Source: Azolla caroliniana (taxonomy: Eukaryota; Plantae; Polypodiophyta). Taken from it: a stretch of 64,000 bases of DNA. The notes beneath the pieces are model-generated. The model was not told where the DNA came from. It searched no databases and worked only from the letters and a program-made list of their open reading frames with translations. Where the stretch lies: the NCBI GenBank assembly GCA_043228905.1, contig JBHGNT010000007.1:17422001-17486000 (forward strand). The letters are read 5' to 3'. Both the position numbers and the translations under genes were made by a program. How positions within the stretch are numbered: the first letter of the stretch is position 1; every line of letters begins with the position of its first letter. Shown one piece after another: positions 12,721 through 26,761 of this stretch.

Positions 12721-15016
12721 GTTGCAAGATTTGGAGGTACTTACATTGCTTCACAAGGACCATGACAACCTCCAACTTGAAATTTAGGTCCTCCTACCAA
12801 TGTACCACAATCTTCAATAACCTCTGGCAACTTTGACTCGTTTCCACCCATCTATAGCCTTCCATTGGGTTCTGAAAAGTGTGGTTTTGTAACAAAGTAA
12901 CTTCCCTAACTTTCCACAATGTACCACAATGTTCTACTACCTTAGCGTTGTATAAAATTCCAACCTTTCACAGTCTTCCATAATTTTTCATAGATTCGTA
13001 AAAAGTGTATTTGTGACAAAGATTGGGGATTGAAAGCAAGGCTAAAATAAAACATGGCATACGATTGCATCATAATTAATGAATTCATCTTATTTAATGA
13101 GATTCCATGACAATATCATTAGGGTTGCATAAGAATCAATTAGTTTCTAATTAAGTTGTATCATAACAAACTTGTTTGATCTAATTTGGTTGCATCGTAA
13201 TGAGTAAGGTTAATCTAACTAGGTTGTATCATACTTAATTTAGCTTGCTTGCTTGTTGTGGCTCGCAATTGCAAAAAATGACGATTTTGCATGATAATTT
13301 AATTAGGCTACTCTAATTAGGTTCCATGATTATTTGATTACATTGACTCAAAACAATGTCACTTAATAACTAACATGTTATGCCATTAATGTTTCTTGTG
13401 CATTAAGATCTAGGTCTAAAGAACTAGTTGTGTAGCCTTTCTATGTTTTGACTAAGGGTATCGTTGACATTATATAAGATATTGAGTGTATAATTGATAT
13501 TACCAAGGTGGTTATGATATGATAAAAAAATATCGCGAACTTATAATTTGGATTAGACTATATATCCATAGAAAAATGTTTATGAAGACATGTAGTCCAC
13601 AGATAGATTTTGAATGTCATTGAATATATAAGTTGGAGCATGTAAAAATCTCTCTTATTGTGTAGAATGAACGCGTCGGGAATATTGTTGAACACTTCCA
13701 TTTTTATAACCCCTATCACCATTTCTACATTAACTAAAATAAACATTGAAATTGAAGGGTTTTTGGGAAGTTAGCTTTATATGCGAAATTTGCTTGGGAC
13801 TATGGATGGTTGGTTGTGTTGCTTCCAATATTTACCAGGGTTGCACATCTAATCACAATCACACTTGGAAATTCCCAACATATGCATGTCTTTCCTTTTT
13901 TTACATGTTTGTTTATTGCCAATGATCCAACAACAAAGTTTCCCTGAAAAAACGGAAATAATTCGTAACTCTGTGTCAATTCTTATACATTTTATCTTTT
14001 TCTTTTCTTTTTTGGAACAATGATCCAACAGTAGAGCTTCATCAGAAGAAGATAAAAAATGTTTTTGTTCCCGAAATCACTCATAATTTAAAGCCTCAAT
14101 TCTCTCAGTTTCAATGCAGAATTTTGGTTGCTTCTGTCTAGTCCTTGCTTTATTTCGAGTCACTTATCAACTGTGTTTCAGTTACCTTAATACATTCATT
14201 TCGGGAGTGTTAAGATTTTTTTGCCATCCCTTTTTCTTTTCTTCCTGTTCCCATCGAGAAATTGTAACATCACACGTTGTACTCCTACATCCATCATGTC
14301 CTTCATCTAACAACAAAAACTTACCATCGAGATCTTATCCTTATCCTCTCACCCATAACCACTACAATGTTCCCCTCGACCTCCACAACCTATCATCATC
14401 AAGAGCACAATCATCACTCTAACATTATACAGACATAACCCCTCCATTTCATGACTCCTTTTTCTCTATGATGGCATTATTCATGGTGCCGTAAGGGAAT
14501 GTTATTTGTTTTCCGCCTTTTGGTTAAAGGAAATTCATTTGAAACGCACATATTTAGAAGCAAAGCATCAGGGAGGGTGGATGTGTGTGTGATATATATA
14601 TTAATATATATATTTATTTATTTATATATATATATATAGAGAGAGAGAGAGATAAATAGATAGATGTAAAATAAATTTATAGAAACAGGGACATCAAATT
14701 CGTAACAAAAGACTTGAACAAATACACTTCACATTATTCACGAGAATTAAAATCTAAACAATCCGTTATCCTTCTCGTTCACCCTTTGCTCTCTATGCCT
14801 CCATATGAACTCAATCCATTAATGTATAGAAATTTCAGCCACCAATCCTTTTACAGAAAATTCAACACTTATACTCATAGAAAATTCAACACTTATACTC
14901 ATGAATAAAAATAACAGCTTTATTCACACGTGGCGTGGGAGAAGGAATGACTTCATTGATGAGGGCGCTAGGACGCACCAATGCTGCGAATACACTGCTT
15001 CTTCTTTTTTGCATTC

Positions 15017-15246
15017 AAAATGCTGCAAAAAGAGGCTTCTAATGTGGTCGAGCAAATCCATAAAGTTTGCATCTTAAAATGCTGCGAAAAGAGGCTTCTA
15101 ATGTGGTCAAGCAAATCCATAAAGTTTGCATCTTAAAATGCTGCAAAAAGAGGCTTCTAATATGGTCAAAGCAAATTCATAAAGTTTGCATCTGAAAACG
15201 TTGCGAAAAGCGAGGCTTCTAATGTGGTTGAGCAAATTCATAAATT
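15017..15246. repeat. ~59-bp tandem repeat, 4 copies
   Basis: AAAATGCTGC(A/G)AAAAGAGGCTTCTAATGTGGTC..GCAAATCCATAAAGTTTGCATCT recurs at ~15017, 15076, 15135 and 15195. Confidence 0.9.
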
Positions 15247-16003
15247 TTCACCTTCTTTTGCCATTTGATCAAGCACTTTCACTACTAGCAACAGCTTTAT
15301 CATTAATTGCATAGTTCAAAGAAATCCCACTCTAATCAACAAAGAAGTAATGAAGCAAAACAAAGGCGTGATATGAAGACCATGGCATAGCACAAACCTT
15401 GCTATTTTGATTGGTTAGCACAAACCTCTCTTGATGAAGAGCAAAATATTTGAAGCCAAGTGTAATAAAAAGAAATTTTGGGAAAAATACTGTAATCATG
15501 ATTAGATTTATTACGCCTTAATCCACAAGGTATGGCAAAATTTGAACAGATTCATAAAATAGTGCTCACAAAATGCCTTCTTTAATATTAATTATCACAA
15601 AAACCACTGGACACAACAGTTTAGATCAAGAGAATCAGCACATCTAGCATCTAGCAAATAAACAAATTCGTTATTTGGAGACCAACCCATGAATTTCCAA
15701 TTCGAAGAGCTTGCTCACTTCACTATTTGCAGACCAATCCATGCATTTCCAACTTGACAGTAATTACATGCAATTGGAACATTAAAATCCTTGCTTAAAT
15801 GCTAGGCAACAATACACAGCTTATAACAATAAAATCTTATGGAGGCAAAAGCAAGTGAAATTTCCCTTCTTTGTTTTGTAAAAAATGGAATTGAATGAAC
15901 AATATAGAATCGTGCAAGAAGCCATTGTTGAGATGTTATAGCAATTGTACAAGTTCTTAATCGTTCTTTAACTACGGCGTTCTTGATGACAAAGGATGAC
16001 TTA

Positions 16004-19000
16004 CTAATGTAATCTCTGAAGAGGCTTGTGTAGAATCACCGTCACATATTTAGTCCGGAAACGTTGCGTAAAACCGAGCGCAAGGACTGGGGTATTGGAT
16101 GTGGATTTTCTGGTCTCAACGAAAAGATGATTCATTATCACATGTTGTGGTCTGGTAGGGGTTTCTTTGAAACCGGTATATGAACTGAAATGTGGAGTTT
16201 CCAGCTGCGCATTGAAATGTAGTTGAGGGGGAAGAAATGGCGGATCCTTAGTGAAGTCTTCAGGGCCAGGGAAAACGCTATCGTAGCTCGATTCAGGTGA
16301 GTTTGGAGGCTCAAAGTCTGCCATACCATCTAGATTCTCTGGAACATAATCCTGTAAGAAGATTAAACTTTTTGAAGATTAGTCAATTCATTATCTCTAA
16401 TGGTGGTGATGGGTTTAAAGGTTGATGTCGTTTAAGACATCTAAAGAACAAATGCTATCTCACAAACTTTCTTAAAACCTTACCATACAGTTTATGAACT
16501 ACTTCAAGCTTGACGTGAATTTAGGGTTTGGGGTTTAGGTTTTGCTTCTCAGAAAGATATTTTACTCGAGAATCTAATGATGATTAGATTCTTGAATCAT
16601 AATGCTCACAGTTACAAGACCCGATACTCATTCTCTTTAAACCTTACCAGAATAGCTATCAATCAATTTCAAACTTACTGTGAGTAATTCTGCCAAGTTG
16701 TAACTTGAACGGAAATTTCATCCAAAATCCAACTATGGTTTGACGACTATTGAATCATGATTCTTAACAGTTGAAAGACCACAAACAAACTCTCAAAACT
16801 ATACAGTCAAGCTATCGACCTAGTTCAAGCTTGAAAGAGAATGATAGTGACAAATAACATTTTGAAAGCAAACTCTGTTCAAAACCTATACCCATGGCTC
16901 TTTCCAGATGTTATCAGTCATGCTATCAACTCTTTTCAAGCTTACTAGTGAAAGGACAAAACTACCTAATTTCTTGAAAGGAAAAATCATTTGAAACCTG
17001 AAAATGGTCTGAAGGTTTTCTTTTAACCATAACTCTCACAGGCAAAAGATCAAATACTAGGCCACAAACTGTTCTTAACACAAACTCCTGCCAACCTTAC
17101 TATCAAGTCATTCCATACTTGTGATGACATATCACAGCTTGACGCAGATATTGTTCAAAATCTGAGCACTTTTGATTGCTTTCCTGGACGTCTAAAGAGA
17201 CCAAATGCTAAAGTCACAAACTCCCATCAAACCCTAGTATCAACTCATTCCATTCCTTTATAATGCATGATAGTGTCAAAAACACAACTTGACACAGATT
17301 TTGATCAAAATATGAACATGATGTGATGGCTTTCCAGAGACCAAAAGACTAGCTCTCTTACAATAACCTCCACTGATTCCTTTTCAAACACTACATGGCA
17401 GAGGTTGTTTGCATGCACTCCGCCAAAACCAATGAGCTACTTCCCATTAGACAATTTTACATTTTTCTAACGCCAATTGTGTTATCTTATGATGTGAAAT
17501 CTCGTGCTGAAAATATATGAAGACTAACCTCTACTTCAAGAATGTTGATGCCATTGCCTTTCTCATCATAGGAGAATGGAAGATCTGGTGAATGCCTCGA
17601 TTCGCCATTCACCAGAAACTTGTAGTGATACACACCCACCGGGAGAAATTTCACAAGCGTGAAATCCTTACTGGCTTTGTGTAAAGGAGATCTGTTTGTA
17701 TATAATAAAGTAAATTAGAAGAGGTGGAGATGATTGTTATGTAGAGCTCAATGTGCAGTGCCCCAATAACAACAAAAGTTTATAATGTCTCATAGACAAC
17801 AGTTGATGTATATTTGTAATCTTTCTTCTTAACACAGCTTGATCTACAGCTTAATCTACATGCATATTATAAGAGACTACAGTTGATGTATAGTATAAAG
17901 CAAACCCTATCCCCATTTCTCTAAGTCAGTTTCCATCTCTATATTTCAACACAACACAATCTGACGACAGATGCATTTATATAAAGGCTAGTAATTCTCG
18001 ATGGGAAACAACAAAAAGAAGGAAAGCAGGTATAGAGTTATCGATTTCCCCGCAGGAGTTCATTATTTTCACACGAGACTGAAGTGGTCTGAAAGAAAAT
18101 GTGTACCTGGTGCTCCAGTTGTCCCAAGATCCTTCCACAGAGACACTTGTTCCACCATGTTTCCACTCAATCAGAGCCGCAATAACAGTCTCCGGAACCT
18201 TCTCTTCGGAGTTACTGTTCAACTGGCGGCTCCATTGCCTACCAATCTCATCTCCATTGAAAAGAGGGATCTGTGGTACCTATTTAAAACAGAGAAAAGA
18301 GCGTATTTTCAAAAAAGGGAAGAAGAAGAGATATGGTAGCACATGTGAAATGGTACCATACAAGGCTACAGGAGAATCAAGGACGGAAACAAGGACGAAA
18401 TATCAGCAAGAAAGGAGGATTGAGTGGAAACAGAACTAGCATACCAATGAAATAAGGCCGCCACAGAAAAAAGAAAACGAATTAGAGGAAAGATGGACTC
18501 CATAGAAACGAGAAATGGAGGAACGGAAAGCCACCATAGAAATATCAAGAAGGGAGAAATGGAAGGATAGGAAACCAAATCTGTCAGAGAAGTTAAGGAA
18601 ACGTGGCTATCAGAGAATGAAACAAGAAAAACCAGAAAAAAAGGGAAGAAAATGGAAGGAAACAAAGGCTACACACAGAGAAATGGAAGAGAAAGGCGAA
18701 AAGGAGAAAGGAGAGGGGAGTTTAAGAAAGTAATGGTAGCAGAGAAACAAGAAAAGTAAGGAAATGGAATGTTTAGGAAATGAAAAACAGGAAATGGAAA
18801 GCTACTGAAATGGAAGCAAGGAAACAAATCGACACAGAGAAAGGAGAGAATAGAGGAGATACGATCAGAGAGAGAGAGAGAGAGAGAGCATAGCAAGAAC
18901 AGGCGAAACAGAAGGGAAAACAGAAGAAATCGAAGTCGATCTGAGACCACGAGTTTTTCTAGACAGACAGAGAAGAGTTCTTACCTGAGGAGTGATGATG

Positions 19001-19146
19001 GAAGGAGAAGCATCAGGAGGAGTGAAGGCCATGGGAGAATCAGAAGGATTTTCGAGCAGATTTAGGTTACTGGAGGCTCCAGGGATCACCATCGCTGTGT
19101 CTGCATCAGATCCAGGTTCTCCTTCCTTCACATTTGCATTCCCCAT
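16004..19146 (-). CDS. KINB: SnRK1 (SNF1-related kinase 1) regulatory beta subunit, ~281 aa; exons 19146-18985, 18279-18107, 17691-17529, 16351-16004
   Basis: MGN N-myristoylation start. CBM48 motifs WKHGGTSVSVEGSWDNW and GVYHYKFLV. ASC domain motifs DYVPEN..PPNSPESSY, PPFLPPQL, RPQHVIMNHLF and RFRTKYVTVIL. GT..AG junctions and phases close (162+173+163+348=846 nt). Confidence 0.95.
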
Positions 19147-19660
19147 CGAAGAACCTGCTTGACCTTGTCAAGCTTTTCTTCTTCTTCTTCTTTTTTGCGC
19201 ACCTTTGATCAAGAGCTGCTGCTGCTGCTGCTGCTGCTGTCCGTGTCAACAACAAAATTAAAAGACAGAAAGATAAAAGGGTTTTTTTTTTTTCCTTCTG
19301 CAGAAAGGTTTTGGTTCTGCAGGTACAGGAAGGGAGAGAAAAGATCTGTGTTTGATTGAAGCCCAAGGGGCGAAAAGGGCCCTAAAAAAAAAGAGAGAGC
19401 AGCAGGAATCTTTCCCACTCCCCCCCCCCCTCTCCCTGCAGAAGATGGAGATGGAGATGGAGATGGAGATGAAGATGGAGATGAAGATGAAGATGGAGAT
19501 GGGCGATGGAGATGAAGGGGGGAAGAGAGCCAGACAGAGAGAGAGAGAGAGATCTGTTAGTGGGCGATTTCTTTCTCTTCTTCTTCTTCTTCTTCTTCTT
19601 CTTCTTCCTTCTGTTACTGGGTTTGCTGCAGGAGAAATGGCGGTGTGCTGCACTGCACTG

Positions 19661-19666
19661 CACGTG
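19661..19666. promoter_or_regulatory. G-box (CACGTG) upstream of the SnRK1 beta gene
   Basis: CACGTG lies ~515 bp upstream of the ATG, next to a long (CT)n tract. Function is inferred only. Confidence 0.3.
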
Positions 19667-19673
19667 CACTAAT

Positions 19674-19732
<59 letters not shown>

Positions 19733-20528
19733 AGTCTCATCTCCAAAAAAGCAAAAAAAAAGCAAAGAAGGAAAGGAGGGCCATGGCCATGGCCATGGCC
19801 ATCATCATCATCATTCATGGCCATAGCCATGCCCATGGCCATCATCATCATCATTCATGGCCATAGCTATGCCCATGGCCATCATCATCATCATCATCAT
19901 CATGGACATAGCCATGGCCATGGGGCCACCACAGAGCAGAGCACAATCGCATCAGAAAGCAAGGCACTCAATGGCCGGGCCTCGCATGAAAGGCTCGAAG
20001 ATCCCGACGAGCCCAAGTTCGGAACCAGAGAGCTTAGGCTTTCGTAGGGTCCTCCTTCAAAGCATGTTCCCTCCCTACCTATTTGCATTATCACAAACCC
20101 TGCTCTTCAAGATTTGTGATCGAGCCAATTCTCAGGTATTCCTTCCATTTGTCAGCTTGACACCTTCGTGTGCCCTACACCATGGATGCCATCATGTGCT
20201 CCCTCCCACTGCTCCCTCCCTTGGTGAGTTGTTGTTTGGTTGACAACATATCTACCTTCTTTCACTTATACTTAGTTGTCATGTCCATTATCTATGTCGA
20301 CAAACTATGTGGACAACTAGTCCATATCCTAGTTAAGCTCTAACATGTAAGAGCAAAGGAGGACTACCATTGTGAGCTACTCTCATAGAAAGATTGTATT
20401 GACACACATATATTTATGTGACTATAACTCTATAGCCTATATTGTCAAGTTTCAATAGTTCCAAGATGGTATTAGACTTGAGAGATTGATCTAGATTAAG
20501 ACTATATGAGTAATTGTTGTCTAGCACC

Positions 20529-20599
<71 letters not shown>

Positions 20600-20947
20600 A
20601 AGACTATCCATGGCCTTGTCCATGAATGTTGCAATTGCTCCTCTACGCATTCACCTCCCTACATTTTCTATGGAAACCTAGATGGCACCAAGTACACTCT
20701 ATGGAAATTCAAAACTTTCACCATTTTGAATCCCCATGAGTTGTTAGAGACAATTTGGGACCCACAAGAGGAGACCTTGCATCCATGGTGACATTCGACC
20801 CTGCACACACTACCACATCAATCCCTCCCAATGCTGACCTACTTTGAGCCTAGATGAGAAGGAATGTGTATGCATTGTGTACCATAGTTATTGGTGTATG
20901 TGACTCTATACTAACATTAGTATAACATACAACCAAGGCACATGAAG

Positions 20948-23900
20948 TGTGAATGTTAACGTGCAGAAGCGTTTAGACAAAACCAGCTCAGTCAGATAGC
21001 AACAGAGAATAAGATGAAGGTTTAATGGAGAAGCTTAATACACAGAGATTATACATGGGAGAGACAGAGAGAGCAGAACATAAACGTAGATTCAAAAATG
21101 ATAAAAACAATTTGTAACTTTGTACATAGAATGTGCTCAACAACACTATTTATACAAGTCCTCAAAAGGACTGACAGAAGTACTATGTACTTCAATGCTC
21201 ATACGAGCAGCTGACAATAACTACAAGACAATGATTACCTAGTAGTCTAGGCTAATACTAGGCTTCCGGTTCCTGCTCGAATCCGGCTCTCCGATCCGAC
21301 CAGTTGAGCTTGCTCGCTCAACACTCCCCCTCAAGCTCAACTTGAGGTCGGATTGTGGTGTTAGTGTCTGTGGCAACCGGTCCTTCCACCCGACTCCTTC
21401 TGGCGTCATTCTGCCTTGCTCGTGCTCCTCGTCTGGTCCGCTTTCGCTTCCCACAACCCGTCTGGTACTGCGTACCTCGACCTCCTTGGTCGGCTTGTCT
21501 GCTCAACAGGCCCATGTCAGCTCCTTCGTTGTTATGACTCCAGCGCTTGTCGATCCATCGATCCATCGATCCATCTATTCCTCTGTGTCGGTGTCAACTT
21601 CTACTGCCTTCTCATCCGGTTGCCCTTTAGTTGATCAAGCTTCTCCGAATCTTGAACCGAATCGGCTTTCTCCGATTCGTTCCAGCTCTTGTCCGAGTTG
21701 GTAGTTTCCAACTCGTCCTCCGTTTTTAGGCCCTTCATCACATCGGACCACGTCCAGGTCTTGGCCTTCTTCCGGTCGGCTTTATCCTTCTTGACTCTGT
21801 TGTCGCTGTCGCTTGCATCGACTTGTTCGGATGTACCGATTCCTTCAGTCGACCCGGCTTCCTTTTTCTGCTCATCTCCTCCCTTGGTTCTTTCTTCCTC
21901 TTCGGCTCCTTGTTCGGTGCCATCACCAGTGCCTTTGCCCGTTCTTGTTCTCCCCCTCAAGTGTGGCACGTTGAGATGTTGTACACCAAGTATTTCAGTG
22001 AAGTGTTGCAACTTGTCTGATCCGAGCGGTTTGGTGAAGATGTCGACAACTTGCCGATCCGTCTGAACATACCGAAGCTCAGGACCCGCTCACGCACAAA
22101 GTGATAGTGGACTTCTATGTGCTTCGTCCGAGCATGGAATACAGGGTTCTTGACGAGCTGAATGTTGCTCATGTTGTCACAGTAGATTAGGATCGGGGTC
22201 AGTACCTCAATCCGCAGGTCTTGCAGCAGTCGCCGAAGCCAGATGGCTTCACATGTGGCAATGGTAGCGCCCTGGTATTCTGCCTCAATGCTCGACAAAG
22301 CCATTGTTGGTTGCTTTTTACTGCTCCACGCAACAGTTACGCTACCAAGAGAAAACATGTAACCGGAGGTGGATCACCGATCTGATGCATCACCAGCCCA
22401 ATCAGCATCTATGTATCCGACTAGCTCTTCAGTTATACCATGCTGGTATAACAGTCCCCGGTCCTTCGTGCCGCTCACATACCGCAATATTCGATGCGCG
22501 CACTGAAGGTGCTCCACGGTTGGTTTCTACATGAATTGGTTGATCACATTGATCGGATAACTAATGTCGGGTCGGGTGATTGTCAAGTATATCAAGTTTC
22601 TGACTATTTGTCGGAACCATTTCTCATCACAGGCTGGTCCGGAGTTGGGACAGAGCTGTTGGTTCCAATCCAAGGGTGTGGAGACAGGTCAGTAGTCCGT
22701 CATGCCGAACTTGTACAGCATATTCAACACATAGTGTCGTTGTGAGAGCAATATGTCGTTGGGGGTTCGGATCACCTCGATCCCAAGGAAATAATGAAGG
22801 TCCCCTAGGTCCTTTATCTCAAATGCGTCCGACAACTGGACCTTGACACGGCGGATTTCATTGAGTCCGGGTCCGGTGATGACTACATCTACATAAAGTA
22901 AGATGCCAAACCGTCCGAACCTTGTCGAATGAACAACGATGAGTCAGATTTAGAGGTTACAAACCCCATCTTATGCAACCGGTGCATGATCTTCGCATTC
23001 CAAGCTTGGGGGGCTTGTTTCAGACCGTAAAGCGACTTCTTAAGCCGGCACACCACCAACTTGTTCATCTCCGACCGAAAACCGGGAGGTTGGATCATAT
23101 AGACCCATTCTTCAAGGTCACCTTGAAGAAACACATTCTTCGTGTCCATCTGCTGAAGATGCCACCCCCTTGCTGCAGCAACCGCAAGTACCACACGAAC
23201 TATCGTCATCTTCGCTACCGGAGCGAAGGTCTCGTCGTAGTCAACTCCGTGGGTCTGTGCGTATCCCTTCGCCACTAATCGGGCCTTGTACCAGTTAACC
23301 GAACCATCGACATTGTACTTTACCTTGTACACCCATTTGCAACCGATTGGTTTACAGTGTCGGGGAGGGTCAACAAGGTCCCATGTGTTGTTGGCATCAA
23401 GTGCCGCCCACATTTCTTCTTCCATAGTGGCACGCCAATTTGCGTCCTTTGCCGCTTCTGAGTAGCTCTCCGGCTCACGCACTTCCGCCACTTTGGTCAT
23501 GTACGCATAGTGATGCGCCATGTACTCATTGTACTCGTACCACGTAACGGGGTTCTTCTGGCGGGAAGATTGGCGTAACTTGTCGCCACCCGGTTTGCGG
23601 CCCTTCTTGGCCGGTTCAGACTTCGTTCCCAAGTTCCACCTTCATCCTTTCTGGAGTCAGATTCACGTCGATCTGACCCTTCAATGCCAGTATCGATTCC
23701 GGCATCTTCTTCTTCCCTTTCTCTTTGCGCGTGAACCGTCTCCTCGGTTCCTTGCGTGGGGAGAGCACAACAGAGTCTCCACTACTCGCTGGTTCCTCAT
23801 CCAACTAATCACTTTGACCCAGTCGCTCATTCGGTCCGCTCAACTGAAATGATTCCGGACTCTCTTCTAGAGTCTCAAGCTCGTCATCTTCTATCTGGAC

Positions 23901-26761
23901 CAGTTCAGGCTCACTGGCCTCATCCTCTGGGATTGGGTCAAAGTCGGTAGAGAGTACCACGATGCCGTCTCGTCGAACTCAACATCTCGGCTTACTCAGA
24001 CCTGCTTCGTTCGGGGGTTATAGCACTTATACCCCTTTTGCTCATGCGAGTAACCGACCAGGATGCAGTTTTCCAACTTCAGATCAAGCTTCCTTCGCTT
24101 CTCATCCGGTACATGCACATATGCTATGCTATCGAGTATCCGAAGGTGTCTCAAATTCGGCTTGCGCCCGAAATACAACTCATGTGCTGACAGCTTGTCA
24201 CCGATCCTGTTTTAGATGTAGACGGTCGTCTGGACTGCCTCAACCCCGTAGAATTGGGGCATGCTCTTCTCCTCCAGCATTGCCCTTGCCGCGTCGACAA
24301 TCGTCCGGTTGTTCCTCTCAGCCACACCATTTTGTTCCGGTGTGTATCGGTAGTTGAATTCTCTCCGAATTCGGTTATGCTACAGATAACTGTTGAATTG
24401 GCCGGAAAAGTATTATTTTCCGCCCGACCGCAGGTATTTGATTTTCCTCTCTGTTTCCCGTTCAACCAAGCTTTGAAGGTTCTGAAAACACTCGAAGACT
24501 TCGCTCTTCCTCTCAATGAGGTAGATCCACGTGTGCTGGTTGTAGTCGTCGATGAAGGAGACGAAGTACCGACTCCTGCCAAGACTAACGTTTGTGTCGG
24601 TTCCCATACATCTGAATGGATTAAGTCAAGCTTGTTACTGCTCTAGTTTCGTTCAGTGGGGAATGGAAGCCGGTGTTGCTCCCGAGTTGGCAAGCTTCAC
24701 AAATTTCAGCTTTCCGGCCCCTAAATTTCGGCAAACCGAAAACAACTTGTTTCAATTGCAAGTCCTGAAAACCCAGGTAATTGACGTGGCCAATCCGCTT
24801 ATGCCAAAGATCGATGTCTGATTCAATCTTCTGTCCTTTGGCAAACATGGCGGTGCCGACGTCATTAGTGTTGAGGATGAACATCCTCCCTTCTCTGCGC
24901 CCTTGCGCAATTATCCGGACTTCTTCCTCGATGAAGCACCCGAGGTGCGTAAACCGCACCTGCATTCCCTAGTTGACGATTTGTCCGACCGACACCAGGT
25001 TCTTTGTGATTGTCGAAACGTGTAATACCTTCATCAACTTCCCCCTCTGTCCAACATGGCTCAAAGGGACTTCTCCGACATGCACAATCGGGTCAGGAGT
25101 GTTGTCTCCGGTTTTGAAAACTCCCGGTTGATCCGGTTTCTCTAGAAAAGAGAACCACTTTTCGTGGGTCATCATGTGGTTCGACATACCGGAATCAACG
25201 TACCATACTTCCTCCGATTTGGAAGTAGCTTCATCGAGTTAGCCTTGTGCTTCATCACAAAGGCTGGCCCTTTACCGGTCTTCCCGGTTCTGGATCCTTC
25301 CAATCCTTCTGCATAGTGCACACTTTGCTGGTTTTCCCGACCAGTTTTGCTGGATCCGGATTTGTCCAAATTGGCGCGCTTCTTCCAACACTCGCTTTCC
25401 CTGTGGCCCTTTTTGCCACAATACCAACATTCCATGTTGGCTTTTCCTTGCCGGGTTCCGGCGCCGCTTTACCTCCCCCTACTTGTGGAGGGTCTGGAAC
25501 TGCTGTCGGCACTACCTCTGTGCCTTCGGTCCTGCTCTTGCCGGCCGCCTCCATTGCGTGCCGACCCACCTCGTCCACCACATCCATGAGGCCGATCTGT
25601 CTCCGTGTACAACATCTGGCCTTCCGATTGAGTGGTCCTGGACCCACTCGCATGTTTTCTTTGACCATCAACATCGATTGCAAGTCGAAGAAAGTCGGTG
25701 GCTTCTCCCGGGTGCAGATTGTTGTCCGGATTGGCCCGTACCTTTGCGCTAGACCACCGAGGCAGATTTATAACATCTCCTCTTCTTCCACCGTCACGTT
25801 GATGGACCCAAGTGCGTCACAAATCTCCTTTATCTTGGTGGTGTAATCCATAACCGACATGTCTCTTTGCCGGATGTTGTTCAGCTCTTGTCGGAGCTGC
25901 AACTTACGGGCTATGGTACTCGCGGCGAAAATCTTCCTCAAATTTCCTCAGGCCTCCTTCGACATTTTTGCATCCTTTATGTACCCAAGCATCTGGTCAT
26001 GCACACAGGACGCGAGGCAGTACAATACTTGGCTCGCTCCTTGCTCCCATACCGTGAAGTCCTCGTGTGTCGGCTCTGGCGCTACCTCGTTCGTTCCTTC
26101 CACGAAGCTCCAATATCCATGCCCCCGCAGGTACTGGTGCATCTTGTATGACCAAGAGCGTAGTTGCTCCGGTCAAGCTTCTTTGTTGGAAGTGAACTTG
26201 TCATTCCTTTGTCCATATCTCCTCTCTGTCTATTGTTACCAGGTTCTAGGGTTTGTCTACGAAAGCAAGTGTCAGTTGCAGAGGTTCTCAACCCTCGCGC
26301 TCTGAAACCATGTGAATGTTAACGTGCAGAAGCGTTTAACAGAACCGGCTCAACCGGATAGCAATAGAGAATAAGATGAAGGTTTAATGGAGAAGCTTAA
26401 TACACAGAGATTATACGGGGGAGAGACAAAGAGAGCATAACGTAAACGTAGATTCAAAAATGATAAAAACACTCTGTAACTCTGTACATAGAATGTGCTC
26501 AACAACACTATTTATACAAGTCCTCAAAAGGACTGACAGAAGTACTATGTACTTCAATGCTCATACGGGCGATTGACACTAACTACGAGACAATGATTAC
26601 CTAGTAGTTTAGGCTACTACTAGGCTTCTGGTTCCTACTCAAATCCAGCTCTCCGGTCCGTCTCACTAATCCGGCCCATTGTATCCGGACACCATCCGGA
26701 TACCAATCCGGCTCTGGCTTATTCAGCCGATGCGGATCCGGTTGAGCTTGCTCGCTCAACA
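20948..26761 (-). mobile_element. Full-length decayed Ty1/Copia LTR retrotransposon
   Basis: LTRs at 20948-21323 and 26311-26761 (TG..CA), TSD TGAAG on both sides, tRNA-iMet-like PBS TGGTTTCAGAGC at 26299-26310 and PPT at 21324-21335. Order is gag (zinc knuckle CWYCGKKGHRESEC), PR, INT, RT (YKARLVAKG, KKSLYGLKQAP), RH ([20 protein letters not shown]). Many frameshifts. Confidence 0.96.

Noticed and set aside
16521-16542. Telomere-like TTAGGGTTTGGGGTTTAGG
   Set aside because: Only 2-3 imperfect units in an intron, which is common background.
19106-19900. Many overlapping ORFs (poly-ME, RE, SL, K, L)
   Set aside because: They are artefacts of (GA)n, (GAA)n, (GAGATG)n and (CTG)n microsatellites upstream of the SnRK1 beta gene.
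21243-21285. A/B-box-like pair in the Copia LTR (TAGTCTAGG..GCTCGAATCC)
   Set aside because: Spacing is only ~31 nt, the A-box is weak and the other LTR differs at these positions.
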